From contig MU057357.1 of the NCBI GenBank assembly GCA_013239625.1, positions 21,713,298 through 21,777,297 of the forward strand: a DNA stretch of 64,000 bases, read 5' to 3'. This document shows positions 39,061-53,139 of the stretch, piece by piece. Position 1 is the stretch's first letter, and each line of letters opens with the position of its first letter. The DNA comes from Lama guanicoe (taxonomy: Eukaryota). The notes under the pieces were generated by a model. The model was not told the origin of the DNA. It ran no database searches and saw only the letters and a list, made by a program, of their open reading frames with translations. The position numbers were made by a program, and so were the translations under genes.

Positions 39061-40674
39061 TGCTTATCATGATGACAGGCAGAATAGCCAAGTGGAAAGA
39101 GGGAAGACGGAAGTATGTTCCACCACTGGTTTTGCAACTCAATTGCTCTGCAGCCACATTAAGACAACTTGCTTAATCTTCCTCTGCCCCAATTTTCTCA
39201 CCTCTGAATGGGAAATTCTGTAACACTGGCCTGTTTCTTAGTTACAGGAACGTGCCAATGGCAGTGATCATGAGCAAAACGCTCCGAGCCCTTGAGAACA
39301 AAAGCTCAATACAGATGCTTGTTAGACTCTCACAGGCCAACATGAACGCCCCCATCATGGAGAAAATCATCTCTTGGTCCACATTAAAGAAAGCAGGAAC
39401 ACTGATACAGGGAGGTCAATGCACAGGCGAGGGCCGAGCTGCCTTGAAAGGCAGAAAGCAAAGCCTGAGATTCAGTGTGACATTGAGCAGCACCTCAGGT
39501 GGCTCACAGGGGCTCAGTCCTGCACAGGGGCCTCCTCACAGAAGACACCCTTCACCCCACAGGCAGGAACTGTGCTCTGTTAACAAGGCCTACCATGGCC
39601 ATATGAACAAACACTCGGAGCTCAAAAGGGAGGGATGGGGGAATCTATATTCACTCCTTTGTCTGCTGAGCAAATTTGTTGCCCTCCAAAAATAAGAGCC
39701 GGCACTCTGACCACCCCGTTGAATTCCTGCTACCTCGGCTCTGGAAGGTGTGTGTGAAAGCAGGGTCAGGAGCAAGCGGGCCCTCCCTTGCAGAGCAGTT
39801 GCTCCACGGCTAATTGCCGTTTTCACAGCTGGGTTGAGCTTTCCAAAAGCCATCCTTCAACCCTAAGCTCTGAGCTCCTCTCATGATGTTCTCTCTTGCC
39901 AACCGCACCCCCTTCAAAGCCAGTTTATACATGAAAGGATGCAGCTACAGTACATCCATTTTTGCAAACATCACAGTTTGAAATAGAGGCATTTCTAAGG
40001 CTTCTTTGTGAACATCGCCACATGCCCACAGTCATGACCACAAGAGCTAAGCCTTCCATGGACGAGGAGGCAGCCTCCTTGCCTGAATGTCCTCAGCAGC
40101 AATTCTTCCCCAGTTTATTTTTGCTTCTCTTACTAGAAACATGGGTCCTTTGAAATTCTTTATAAACACAGTCTACTTCCAAACAGTGAGGTCGGTAAGA
40201 AATATGTAGAGCTGCTACCTAATACCTCTCTGGCATCAACCAACAGATGTTCATGCACGCATCCGTCCCTTTAAAACCACAGAGCAGGCTGAGGTAAGTG
40301 GAAAATCGTGGTCGAGAGCCTGCCGAGAAGGAATTATTTGAAGCACGGCATGGCAGGAGTTTAATGCCCACCGCCACAAAGGTACCAGAAATGGAATTTG
40401 ACCAGGTTAAGCAAACCTCTAGTGGGTCATAGGAAATGTGGGCCAGATGAGGCTGCATTAGACACTTCAGGGTAAGGAAAAGCAAAACAAGAAGGATGAA
40501 ACAACACTTGGACAGTTGCTATTAACCAAAGAGCTGGATGAAGTACATCCACCAGCACCATCCTGCTTCATTATAAACCTCTATTACACTTAGATTCCAA
40601 GTTATACAAGAAATAAAATATTTGGAGTAGGAACCTGCAACTCCAACACACCTGCTATGAACCCTCTATAGATT

Positions 40675-40805
40675 AACGGCTCAAAATCTTGGCTACATAT
40701 TGGAATTACCCAGAAACTTTACAAAGACACTGATGCCTGGATTCCACTCAAAGGAATACTGATTTAATTGGTTTGAGGTGCAGCCCCAGTTGTGAACCAT
40801 TACTA
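40675..40805. mobile_element. MER5-type hAT MITE
   Basis: ctcaaaatcttggctacatattggaattaccca...gatttaattggtttgaggtgcagcc. Confidence 0.7.
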
Positions 40806-41179
40806 CAGACGTAGTCAAATCTCAAGTCACAGTCATATCATAAGTCCTAAATACCTACTGAATATCTACCAAGTGTGAGGCTCTCTAAGAACCTGAAGGG
40901 TTATACATTAAAAGTTCATTATCAAAATTATAACCAGGCATTGACTCTGCTCTAAATCATACAACCTAACTGGAANNNNNNNNNNNNNNNNNNNNNNNNN
41001 NNNNNNNNNNNNNNNNNNNNNNNNNNNNNNNNNNNNNNNNNNNNNNNNNNNNNNNNNNNNNNNNNNNNNNNNNNNNNNNNNNNNNNNNNNNNNNNNNNNN
41101 NNNNNNNNNNNNNNNNNNNNNNNNNNNNNNNNGAAAACTGAAAAGCATCAAGAGGAAGTTAAAAAGTTCTACACAGGAG

Positions 41180-41900
41180 TGTAGAAATACTAGCAATTAC
41201 TGTTGGCCAAGGGAAAGGGAGGGAGTTTCCTGGAAGATGTGGCAACCATCTGAGAGTTAAAGGATGGGTAGAATTTGAACAAAGAGACTCTGAGGGGAAG
41301 AGGGAATAAGAAGGAAAAGGCTGAAGGAAATGACATAAATGAAGACAGAAGCAGGAAAGGCACAGTCATTCAATTTGAATGGCAATTATCGCACGTAGTA
41401 ACAAGGGGGAAACTTGTGACTATTACCTAGGTCCTATCTTGGAACATCTTGACTCTTAGAAGTTTGTCATCACCCTAAATAGAAGAGGGAGCCATTGATA
41501 GTCTGAAAGCATGGTGATGGAGGCAGAAAGTCAGTCCAGGGGAGGTGACGGGGCTGCCCTGGGGCAATAGCAGAGCAAAAAGACAGTGGAAGACCATGGT
41601 GAAGCACTGAAAAGCCAGATCAATGGGATTTTTCAATTGTTTAGAGTCAAGGGAAAGAGAGGAGCCAAAGATGACTCGACCTTCCAACCCGGATCACAGA
41701 AGAAAGGTCATGTCGATAAAAGAAACAGGGAAACCAGGAAAAGAAGGAAAGAAGTTGATGAGTCCAAGCTTTGGGACATATTCAGTTGAGGTCCTCATGG
41801 GATGACCGAAAAAGCGTTTATGGTCAGCCCCATGTTTCCAACTCAAAAATGTGGGCCTGAAACTCAGGAAGACATTGAAGTTGGAGATGTAGATTACAGC
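41180..41900 (-). mobile_element. L2 fragment
   Basis: agggagtttcctggaagatgtggca, gagtcaagggaaagagaggagccaaagatgactc and tttgggacatattcagttgagg motifs. Confidence 0.65.
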
Positions 41901-44900
41901 TCTGAGGAAATAAAGAAGAACACTTTTTGTTTCAATGTGTAAAACATTACAACCTCACTGCCTATCCAACCCTCGCAAGAAATTTTAAAATCCTTCAGAA
42001 AAGATTTTCCTGAATTGGCACATGGAACTGCTAGTTTCATGCAGTAACTTTGTTGGCAAGTTGTCAGAGACAAAGCATTTCACCATTTCTCCTTTGATGC
42101 TCCGCATAAAACCCAGCTCGATCATCCATCCAACTCCCTACCCTCTTTACCCTCATCTGTTCTCATTTAGGTGACAGCATTCTTTTTCATTTGGCTGGAG
42201 TTGTAATTAGGGGCTTTTGTTTTTGGGGGTTTTTTTTCAGTAAAGTGTACATTTTCCAGATTACCACACATTATTAAAAATGGGAAAGAGATTAAATTAC
42301 ACACATTAGCTTTCTCCAAGATGTTCAATAGCATGGTTTAGGACCCAGACAATTCCAAAATTCCATGTACTAGTACTGTTCAAAGGAGAAAGGGGATTGT
42401 CTTGCCTCTCTTTAAGGAGAAAGAGGGAAAGAGAGAGGAGGAAAGATGAAAAGTGACTCAAAATATATCCAGAACAACCATTTGATGCAAAGCAAGCAAA
42501 CTGATTTGAGCAACTGAAAGAGTCCTGAGTCTGGGACCAACATCCATGCTAACAACAGCTGGTTCAATGCCTTATCTGGCTTCAACAATCACTTGGTCCA
42601 ACCCTAGTGTTTTAGAGTTGAAGAAACCAAGACTCTTTCAGGATTTGAAATACTAAGATTCTCTGCATCTAGCTTTGGTATAAGGCCTGGGGCCTGACTT
42701 TCAATATGACCCTCAGGAAATGTCGATAAACCCATATTCAGAAACAGATATTGCATATGGCTCCACATTAATTATTTCAATTACCTATAATCATTTCCGA
42801 ATGACACAGACATGGATGCTGTTTCCTGGCCATTATGGACATGTGTATTCACGCTGTACACTCATCTGCCCTGAAAGGGTCACCAGCCCCAATATGCCAT
42901 TAGCTAAAAAAAGCCTAACAGAACTTGATAAATCTCAAGCACGTGTTATAAACAATGTCACAACAAAGTGGGTAAATACAGAGAGGCAAGGTCAGTGTTC
43001 AAACACTCATGGGACTTAAAATCTCTTTTTGGGCAATTGTGTTCTAATGCTGTATTACTTAATTTTGAACATGCTCCCTCTCCCCTACTGAAGTCAAGCT
43101 CATAGAGGGTAGAAGCTATATCCAATTAAACCCTGCAGCACCCAAACAGTGTTCTTCATATAACTAGAATGAAGGAATGAAGTACTAACCGTGAAATATT
43201 TTCCATATTTTAATATAAACAGAGAAAACCCCACAAGATGTGACTGGGTGCACCCACCAGCTCAATCAGGAATGGTATCACTATGAAGTCAGAAGTCACC
43301 CACACCTTCAGCAGGTTGACATTGGACCCATATTCTGAGGCTGCTGCTGCCCCCGAGCTGTACACCTGTGTGTCAAACACACGGGGGAAGGGGCAGCTGG
43401 AATGGAGACTGCAATGGCCATAACACACTTAGCAGGGCCAAGTTCTCAGGGTCACAACAAAATACCAAGTGAGGAAAACAAAAAGGACTCAAGGAAGAAG
43501 AAACGATTCTCTAAATTAACAGCAGAAAATGAAGGCAAAGAAGAAAAAAAAAAAGATCATGACCAAATTTACGTGAAACCAGGTCCTAGTTACACAGTAT
43601 TTGATTTGATTTGGAGAACTCTTAAATTGAACAAGGATAGTTTCTCATGTGGATGCTCTAAAATGAACACACAATGTAATTGGGCAGAGGAGTGTTTCTA
43701 AACTTGCGGCTGTCATACGTTACATTAGTGTATCTTGTCCCACTAACTTTAACACCATTCTTACTTGTAGAGCTTCCTAATCACTCTGCTTGGTAAGATT
43801 TGGCAATTTGGGTTAAAATATTTCCACCAGTTTATGCTAAGCAAGCACTTAGCTGATTCGGGAAAACAAAGAGGTTTATTTTAGAGAGATAAATCTCCAC
43901 CTCCTCACCCTTCTGGCACTGCTCAGGTTACGTTGGGGAGCTGTCCTCAACTTTCAGCAAATCCTAATTCCAGCGTACAGGCTGGTAGATTGTGTGAACG
44001 GGAACCACAGAGGCATTCTCTGCATTCACCAATCATGGAGTCCAGTGAAGGTGGTGAAAACCTCCTGCACGCTACTACAGGCTGCAGAGATGGGGGTGAC
44101 TGCCAACCCGTCTGGTCAGCTATCCTATCACATGGGCCAGCTGGGACTGGCCAGAGGAAACGGTTTTCCCTCCTCAATATGCATAGAGTGATTAAAGAAG
44201 GCTGCACTGCCATCTTGTACTCAAAAAGTTAAAATACAGAAATTCTCTGAAGGGAGAAGAATCTGAAGATTTATAAGAGACCGACTACTAAAAGCTCCAT
44301 TAGGACCCTCTCTAAACTATTCCCGTTTAAGTGGAGAAGCAAATAGCCCCCACTGGCATTTATATTTAGAATGGGTGGGGAGAGAGGAAGAGCCCATTTT
44401 GACCGCTGAAGGTCTCTGACATACCCATACATAAATCATTTCAGGGTGAGGTGTCACAGTGCATCTTCCACTCTGCCCTTTAAATGGATTGGACCCCAAC
44501 ATCCCATTCTCCTCAGGGGAGGGAGTGGGGGTGGGAGGTTCATGGAGAACAAAGAAGCCACCACTTCCTTTATCCCCCCAACTAAAGACAGATGTAGTAA
44601 AAATATCTGCGCACACTTTAAAATACCAAACTGCAAACAGGTAGACTAAATGATAATGTTTGAGAGCCCCCAAACCTACACAAAGATGTATCTATTAAAA
44701 AGAACATGGAAATGAATCTACTAAAGAAAGGCTAAGTATGTGATTGATGGCATTCACATGTGCTTTCATTTGTAAGGCTACATTTATTTAGTGAGTGCAT
44801 CCTTATAAAGAAAATCTGGATAACAGGGGGAGTTCTAATTTTATTTTTTTCATCTACCAAGTCACTGTTTCAAATTTTTAAAAAATAGATTTATGATAAC

Positions 44901-47900
44901 TAAAGAGCACACAAATCACATAAAAAAAAAAGCTAGCTATTTTATCCTTTCAGTGTGGTTAGCAAGGCTCCTTTGTGTCTACAAATTTCCCTGGGTGGTG
45001 CTGTTGCCAAGAAATTCTAATTCATGACAAGGTTTTCTGCAAATTGGGGACAGAGGCAAACCTGCGGATGCAGGGAACCTACAGTTCGCTTTGTCTTACT
45101 GGCTGAGACAGCACCTGGCTGCTCAGGCCTGTAGAAGGTAGTGCAAAGGCAAGATCTCCATAGAGAAGGAGAAGCAGAGATCAAATCTCACCCCTTGCAC
45201 CATGAGGCTATTCTTGGAAGGCAACCATTTTTGTAGGTTGCCCCCCAGAGATGCTTCATACCAAAGACTCTTGTAAAAAGTGTTTCAGGGTGCCTGAAAC
45301 CAAGATGAAATTGCAGTGTTATGGGGACGCTGTAGTTCTTACAGTAGCCAAGTATGCCATTAGTTTAAAACAATGGGGGAATNNNNNNNNNNNNNNNNNN
45401 NNNNNNNNNNNNNNNNNNNNNNNNNNNNNNNNNNNNNNNNNNNNNNNNNNNNNNNNNNNNNNNNNNNNNNNNNNNNNNNNNNNNNNNNNNNNNNNNNNNN
45501 NNNNNNNNNNNNNNNATTCCAGAAGAATTTTCAAGTAAATATACCATGCCCCTCAATGGCGTGAAGCAAAGCTAAGTGCAAATAAGACAGAGAACATCAT
45601 CACTTGACCTGCACTCATGAAACAGGAGCCTAGCTGTAAAGCATATATCCAAATTCTGAAAGTCTTTGTAGCTTCCCAAACAAAAATAACCAAATAAAAA
45701 AGGATTATACCAAATCCTTTTTTATTTTCCAAGTCAGCAGTGGGTCCAGAAAAATATTGCCATATTCTTATGGCAATAAAACTCATGAACGGGTCCCCCT
45801 TTATTCATCATCAAGTGGTACCAGATAAGCTATTCTAGCTTCTGTCCTACCTTTGACTTTTCCTACTTTTGCTCAGACAGCTCTTGGAAATTTTCCTGCA
45901 AGTTTCCAAAGAGCTTAAGGCTGGTATCCTTAAGAGTTGTGCGTCAGCTGAATTCCATAAAATAATAGACCACATAAGCACAGTGTAATTTACAGTTATA
46001 TGACAGGCAGGGATGATGTTACTTGGTCCAAGTGCTTAAGTATGCAGTCAGAGCCCAGGAATGGAGAGCTGTTAATGTAGAATGTGCATCTGGATTTTTA
46101 AATTACACCAGCAATGATTTTCAGAGTTGGAGCTGTATGTGGCTAAGACATCACTGCCTGAAAACCCAATGTCAGAATGATAACCCCTGAGACAGGAGGG
46201 CCATGACAGGCTCACTGACTATCAAGCAGGACAATTATCTCAGATGAAAGTTTAAAAGAAAATCTCCAAATAGTCCATCCTTAATTTTCAAATGTACAGA
46301 TGTCTTGGGTTTATCGTCCAAGCCACTCTTTCTTAGGAACCAAATCAGATTACTGGAATATCTGTATTTCGCTCATCTCAAGGTACACTGTTCACTTTCA
46401 GAAGTACATCTAATATTGCTCCTCATATGACCTCTAAAATCTGATTACCCCAGAGCATCAGGAAACGTCCTCCTGCCTGGGGTTCTTTGTAGCAATCTTC
46501 TTGAGCCGATTTGAGCAAAGGAGCCTTAAAATTTCACCATCAGATGGCTGATTTGGAACCAACAGTTGCATATAACCACACTCCCCTCCTTTACACTCAG
46601 AAGAGGCAAGGGGGGAGGGGGCAGGGAGAGGGAGGAAGGAAGAGATAGAGGTTGGAGGTTATGTCATCAGTATGAACTCAGAGTCACAGTCACCTTTACA
46701 AAAAACATTTGTGACTATAGAGTCTAGGGAAGAAAGCTCCTTGGGGTGATACCTCACTTAGAACTGTGTCCTCACAAGTTATGTTTCAGTGTGAACTAGG
46801 AGCATGCCTCTGAAATAGCTTGGCAAAGGTTTCAAGGTGAGGGTAGTTGTCAGTTGGAGAGGATTAAGGCAAGAAGTAAGGAGGGGGGTGCAGGAGGACG
46901 AAAACTTCTTTGCCCTCAGATAGAAACTAAGCTAGAGGTTCCTTGAAGGGGGTGACATGAAGCAGGGGAGGGGAGGAAAAGCAGAGAAGATTTTTGAGGA
47001 AACAATAGATTTAATACATCTTTTAATTATCAAACCAATGGTATTTCTTTACAGATCTAGACTGTCTCATGGATGGTCTAACCAGATCTAGAAAAGCAGG
47101 TTTCTTCTGGAGAGGCATTCCCCAAAAGTAGGCTTTACTACTGTGAAAACTTGAACCAAAACAAAGTTGTGTGATTCATCAGGAGAGAACGTTGTAACAA
47201 ATAAAGCCAANNNNNNNNNNNNNNNNNNNNNNNNNNNNNNNNNNNNNNNNNNNNNNNNNNNNNNNNNNNNNNNNNNNNNNNNNNNNNNNNNNNNNNNNNN
47301 NNNNNNNNNNNNNNNNNNNNNNNNNNNNNNNNNNNNNNNNNNNNNNNNNNNNNNNNNNNNNNNNNNNNNNNNNNAAAATGAAATTCTGGCAACCTTTTGG
47401 TGTAATTAGCATGGGAAATAAAAGGAGGAAAAAGCTCTGGTGAGACCCTTCATGAGATAGTCTTGTTAAGGATGGGGAAAGGATGCACTGGAGAAATGCT
47501 TTATGCTAAAAACACGTGAACTGTATGTACATTTAGAGAGACAAAGTCAAACACATCTGCCAGCATCCTCGGGCAGGAACACATGTGCGGACGCACAGAC
47601 ACTGGGGACCAGTGCCTGGAGAAACTCACAGCCCAGAATCAAGGGAGAACAGCAACTAGTAATGGTACCGAGGATCGGCTTTGCCACTGGGCTTGGTACA
47701 CCAAAAGCCAAACCTCACTTGCTAAGGCAGCAACTGTTACATCCCAGGCTCAAGCTGGCAAATCCTGCTTTGGATCTTGGCAGAGGAAATTCAGCCGTTC
47801 ATTAGCCTTAACAAGCTGCTGTCACGGAGCAGAGAAGTTACATGAACAGCCACACACCAAGCCTCTCGCAGCCCTCCCCAAGGGCAAGCACGTTTCTCCA

Positions 47901-48639
47901 AGACGGACTGTGCATGTTCATGCTTCCAATGTGCAAATCCGGACTGTCTTCTTGGACTTTCCATGATACACATTGTACAGTTTTGAGAGAATACCCGTGT
48001 CCCTCCACCTACCCCCCACCCCCCATCTTTCCTGCAGAATGTCCCCTCAGCAGCTCCTAATCCTTACTGAGAAAACCACTGTTTCCGCCAGCAGGTCTAG
48101 CACTTTCCACTGACCAGTACTTTCTTTATTCCACTTCACAAAGCCCAGTGAACTTGTCACGAGCCCTATTTCGCCTTCACTGGGACACCCAGCCAACTTG
48201 GCATTGGTGCCCTTCAACATCCTAGGAGTTTCTTAACTAGTCCTCTAAGACAAAGTCAGAGGCATGGAAGCACACATCACCCTTTGTCGGAGGTTGTGCT
48301 AACTGGAGAGGGACCCCAAACGAAAGAGAGAAGCAAGGACACACACACACAGTGTTGTCTTCCTCAAGACATTGCACTAAGGGAAACCTACAATGCACGG
48401 TCAGCATTAGACAGATACAAAGGTACATCTTCCCATCCTCCTGGGAGAAATCCTTGAGTATCTATTATCACCGGAGTCCTCTTCCTTCTGCCCACCTTCT
48501 AGTTTCAAAATCGAGTTACAGTTTTTTATTGATACTCGCTAATTACCGGGAAAACACTCTGTTTTGCTCCTACCCCCGTCGCCCCCCCACCTCATCTGAC
48601 CAGCACCAGTTGAAAGAGATGAACCTGAAAAGGTACCAA

Positions 48640-50830
48640 GTAGGTAGAGCTCGTGCATGTAGGGACACGGTACCTGTCAGTGACAGCTCGGAAAGCCCCA
48701 AACCACCTTCCAACCCGGCTCCTCCGAACCCCAGAAGTTAAGCAGGTTTCTGCTGGGGGACAGTGAGCCCGACAACGTGTGCGCAGGGATGTGTGTTGGT
48801 GACTGAAACGCAGGCAGCTCGGACCGGCTGCTCAGCTCGGCACGCTAAGGGGTTAGGGGGTGGATGGAGAGGTAAGCAGATGACTATTTCCCAAAACATT
48901 TTAAACAACAAACAGCCAAAAAGGGGGGGAAAATAAAACAAACAANNNNNNNNNNNNNNNNNNNNNNNNNNNNNNNNNNNNNNNNNNNNNNNNNNNNNNN
49001 NNNNNNNNNNNNNNNNNNNNNNNNNNNNNNNNNNNNNNNNNNNNNNNNNNNNNNNNNNNNNNNNNNNNNNNNNNNNNNNNNNNNNNNNNNNNNNNNNNNN
49101 NNNNNNNNNNNNNNNNNNNNNNNNNNNNNNNNNNNNNNNNNNNNNNNNNNNNNNNNNNNNNNNNNNNNNNNNNCGAANNNNNNNNNNNNNNNNNNNNNNN
49201 NNNNNNNNNNNNNNNNNNNNNNNNNNNNNNNNNNNNNNNNNNNNNNNNNNNNNNNNNNNNNNNNNNNNNNNNNNNNNNNNNNNNNNNNNNNNNNNNNNNN
49301 NNNNNNNNNNNNNNNNNNNNNNNNNNNNNNNNNNNNNNNNNNNNNNNNNNNNNNNNNNNNNNNNNNNNNNNNNNNNNNNNNNNNNNNNNNNNNNNNNNNN
49401 NNNNNNNNNNNNNNNNNNNNNNNNNNNNNNNNNNNNNNNNNNNNNNNNNNNNNNNNNNNNNNNNNNNNNNNNNNNNNNNNNNNNNNNNNNNNNNNNNNNN
49501 NNNNNNNNNNNNNNNNNNNNNNNNNNNNNNNNNNNNNNNNNNNNNNNNNNNNNNNNNNNNNNNNNNNNNNNNNNNTCGCTTCTCTCCCCCCTTTCCTTCC
49601 CTCCCCACCCCCCACCCCATCCTTTCTCGTTTGTAGTCTCTCCCCCCTCCTCCTTTTCTCCTCCTCCTGCTCTTCCCCCTCCCCAAACTCCCTCCCTCCG
49701 CCCGGCTCTCCGCGCAGCCGTGGGATCTCGGAGGAGGGCGTCCATTAGGCCGCGTGTGACCATGTAAGGTAAACAGGGGGCTCATGAAGTCACTGAGGGC
49801 CAATGGGGAGCGCGGNNNNNNNNNNNNNNNNNNNNNNNNNNNNNNNNNNNNNNNNNNNNNNNNNNNNNNNNNNNNNNNNNNNNNNNNNNNNNNNNNNNNN
49901 NNNNNNNNNNNNNNNNNNNNNNNNNNNNNNNNNNNNNNNNNNNNNNNNNNNNNNNGAGTGCGAGGGACGGGGAGGGCTCGGCGACACTCGCGCTGGCTCC
50001 CGGGACGCCGAGGCGACCGGGTTCGGGCTGCGCACCAGCCTCCGGCCCTCGCTTTGGTGCCTGGCGGAGCCCCGGGCGTCCCGAGCCGCGCCCTCAGATG
50101 GGAGAGGGTCGTGTGTGGCCCTTCTGGCGTGGACGCAGCCGGTCAGGAGGTGAAAGTCCAGAATGCTGGGCTAGGATGCCTCCTGGAGGAGGAGCAGTGC
50201 GGGAAAACGGTGGAGCCGGCTTGGGGAGGAGGGCAGGCCACTTCCCACCCCACCTCCCTCCCAGGCCCGGGGGCGGGGAACCGCGAGGGAGGGGCAGCGC
50301 TAAGGAGTTCCTCACTTCCTAAAAAATAAACCGGGAGTTAAAAAGAAGAAGTCACCAAAAGCCCCTTCACGAATTCCCCACAGGCTGCCAGGGTGCAGAG
50401 AAGAAGCGCCAGAGGAGAAAGTGGCACACAATGGAGCAGAACAAAGGGGAGGGGGGCGCGGAGAGAGGCCTGGGCCCGCCCCGCGCGCCGCGCAGTCCCC
50501 GCCCCCTGCCCGCCAGTGCCCACCCCCGCCTCTGTCTGCTGACCCCGGACGGGGGCCGGGCGGGGGTCAGACTCCCAGTTAGAGTTGATTGAAAGGGGAC
50601 ATTTTGCTGGAGTGTGTGTTAAAGACAATAGGGGGGAATCCGGGTAGACAGGGTGCAGGCGGGAGCCGGGAACTTACTTGGAGGCTTAAACGTGAGGCTC
50701 CCCATGTGGCTTGGAGGGTGTGCCTGCCAAGCTGTGGTGGTGAGAGGAGGAACCGGATTGCGATCGGGCGCTGACTTACAGAGACATACAGTTACAGATT
50801 CTGTTATCAGAAGAAACGCCTGCACGACGC
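48640..50830. promoter_or_regulatory. KLF7 CpG-island promoter
   Basis: Highest GC and CpG density in the window. GC boxes (GGGGCGGGG ~50269; CCCGCCCC ~50475), CACCC boxes (~49603-49618, ~50244-50255), CCAAT at 49800-49804 and Forkhead-type GTAAACA at 49769-49775. Confidence 0.9.
48946..49575 (-). CDS. KLF7: Inferred location of KLF7 exon 1 (5' UTR plus first ~34 codons), fully masked by N
   Basis: Not readable. Inferred from its position inside the CpG island, its distance of ~41.5 kb from exon 2 (similar to the recalled human intron 1), and the T-rich intron-like sequence immediately downstream on the minus strand (48945 and below). Confidence 0.65.
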
Positions 50831-51444
50831 ACATTGTTAGGACTGACCAGTTGTTTGCTTGACCTTAAATGGTTAGTGTGGTTCAAGCTTCCCCAAAATG
50901 CACAGTGAGCTGAACTTCCACTTTTGGAACGATTGCAGAATTTGGTACTTACTCAGAGATGAGAAACTTAATTCAGCCCCCAGTGGAAGAAACACATCCA
51001 CCATAATCGCCCTTCTCAGTTGTCTCATTCTGACTATGTGGGACTCCGTATTACAATATTTGAAAGAGCCTACTTTAACAAACATAATTTGAAAGTCAAA
51101 TTCTGGGGAAATTAAAAAGGAATTATGGAGTTGAGAAAAGTCTGGTTTCTTTACTTTTTGATGTCTGGAGCCTGTTGGTCAGATCTATAGCATCCAGTGT
51201 ATGTGTATAAGCAGTGCATTTACTGTAAGTGCATGTAGTCTGTGCATGGAATGCACAAGGGTCTTGGTGCTAGGGGATAAATGGAAAAAAAAAAAGGTTA
51301 AAAATCCTACACAAACAGATGATATGATAGCACACATATAACTGCCAGTATGAGACAGCTACATGGGCCTTTCCCAGAAGTAGAAAACCACTTAAAGTCA
51401 TCACATCCCAATTAGTGCATTAACTTGATCCGTATGGCCATTGA

Positions 51445-51645
51445 TACTGCCACTTACTTAGCTGTGTGACTTTGAGCAAATTACTGGCTCAGACCCTCTG
51501 GCTACCCATCTCAGAAACAAGAATAGTGGTATCTGCCTTGCCTGGTTGTTATGAACAGTCAAAGTGTTATAAAATAATGTCTGTAATTCACCTAGCCTAG
51601 CTTCTGGTGCTGTTAGGTGAATACTAAGTGTTCGCCATCATTATT
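51445..51645 (+). mobile_element. MIR SINE
   Basis: ctgccacttacttagctgtgtgactttgagcaaattact. Confidence 0.75.
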
Positions 51646-52039
51646 TCCTGGCTTTAGCTAAGTGAACTAAATAATACGTAAACTAATCAGACCCATGGGG
51701 GGATATACCAGAGTCTTGGAGAAAGAGGGAGGTAGAAGTCCTTTGCCAATTTAGAATAAGGTCTCCCTCTATCCCCCTCAAAATACTATTCCAATTGTGT
51801 GTGAGGATGGGGAGGAGGCCATGGAGAAGTACCGGGGCAGAAGACATGTTCAAGAGTAATAGGGGAAGGAAAGGAACTTAAACATAGGAAACTCAAGAGG
51901 CAAAAAAAGGCAAGGCAAGACCAAAGAATATTATTTGATGTTTGAGACTCAAGTGAACTTATTTTTTGTTTTTGTGTTACACTGTTACCATTCTGAACAA
52001 ATATGACATACCTGTTAACTTATAAGTTTGAAGATTCTA

Positions 52040-52280
52040 CAAATAATAGTTATCACCTATTAAGTACAATATGCCAAGTTGTATGGGCAAATAAATGCTT
52101 TATATGCAATGTCTCATTTCATCTTCATGACAGCCGCAAGGTAGGTATTTTTATTATCCCCAGCTTTATGGATGAAGATACCAGGCTTAGAAATATTAAG
52201 TTGGTCAAAGTCACACAACCAAGAGGCAGCCAAACAGGGTTTCAAATCCAGGAGAATCTGACTTCCAAGACCGCTCTGCA
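52040..52280 (-). mobile_element. MIR SINE
   Basis: ggtaggtatttttattatccccagctttatggatgaagatac...aaagtcacacaa. Confidence 0.75.
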
Positions 52281-52694
52281 CAAATCTCTCTGCATGGTGA
52301 AAGACTGAGTCCCTTGGTTTTAAATCAAGATTTGTTTATAAAAATTGGGTGTGGAAAAGGGAGGCTTCCACCACTGAGGTTTATCCCACATATGTATCAG
52401 CCATCGAACATACAGAAGAACTCAACCGAAATTTTACAGTGTAAATCTTAAAAGCCTCATTATGACTTTTTTCAGTGCTTTATAGATTAGAATTCATTTT
52501 AAGAGATTTATGCAACAAGGCACTCCTAAAGGCACATTTTCAATATTAGTCATATTTAGCTACTTTTAATAGCCTAGAGACCCTTGGTTCACATTGCAAA
52601 GCGCATGCAAAGACTCCAAATGTACAAAATAATCAACAAATTAAGATCACAAGGGAACTTTGGCACTCAAACAAACCAAAAATAAATAGCACTG

Positions 52695-52910
52695 CTATAG
52701 CCACCATATATTGAATGCCTTCTCTGTGCCTGACATTTTATGCATGTTCACATCTGATCTTCCCCACAGACTTGTGAGGGAGCTATCATTGCTCCATTTT
52801 CCCAGATGAAGATACCAAAGTTCAGAGTAGGCACACAATTTGCCTATTGTCATATGTCTCTTAAGTGGCAGAAGCAGATTCTGACTCCAAGTTGACTCCA
52901 AAGGTTGTGT
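52695..52910 (-). mobile_element. MIR SINE
   Basis: ctccattttcccagatgaagataccaaagttcagag. Confidence 0.75.
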
Positions 52911-53139
52911 CATCTACATATGCTGCCTTGGAAGACACTGATAATACTTCTCATGATATCACCCTTTGGAAGTGATCCTATAGGAAACACCTAACAGTCA
53001 ACAGTAAGTCACCCTCCACCAAGAACTCAGAAATGATGATATTTTATGAACAAAATAGTAAAAATTTAATATGTAAGTAGAAACAATGAAGGGATCAGGC
53101 TGTTACTATAGGAAAAGTTTTGCTTCATTAGTAGGAAGT

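Noticed and set aside
48738-50329. Long ORFs (341, 300, 243 and 181 aa) over the promoter
   Set aside because: They are artefacts of N-runs and GC-rich sequence, with no protein similarity.
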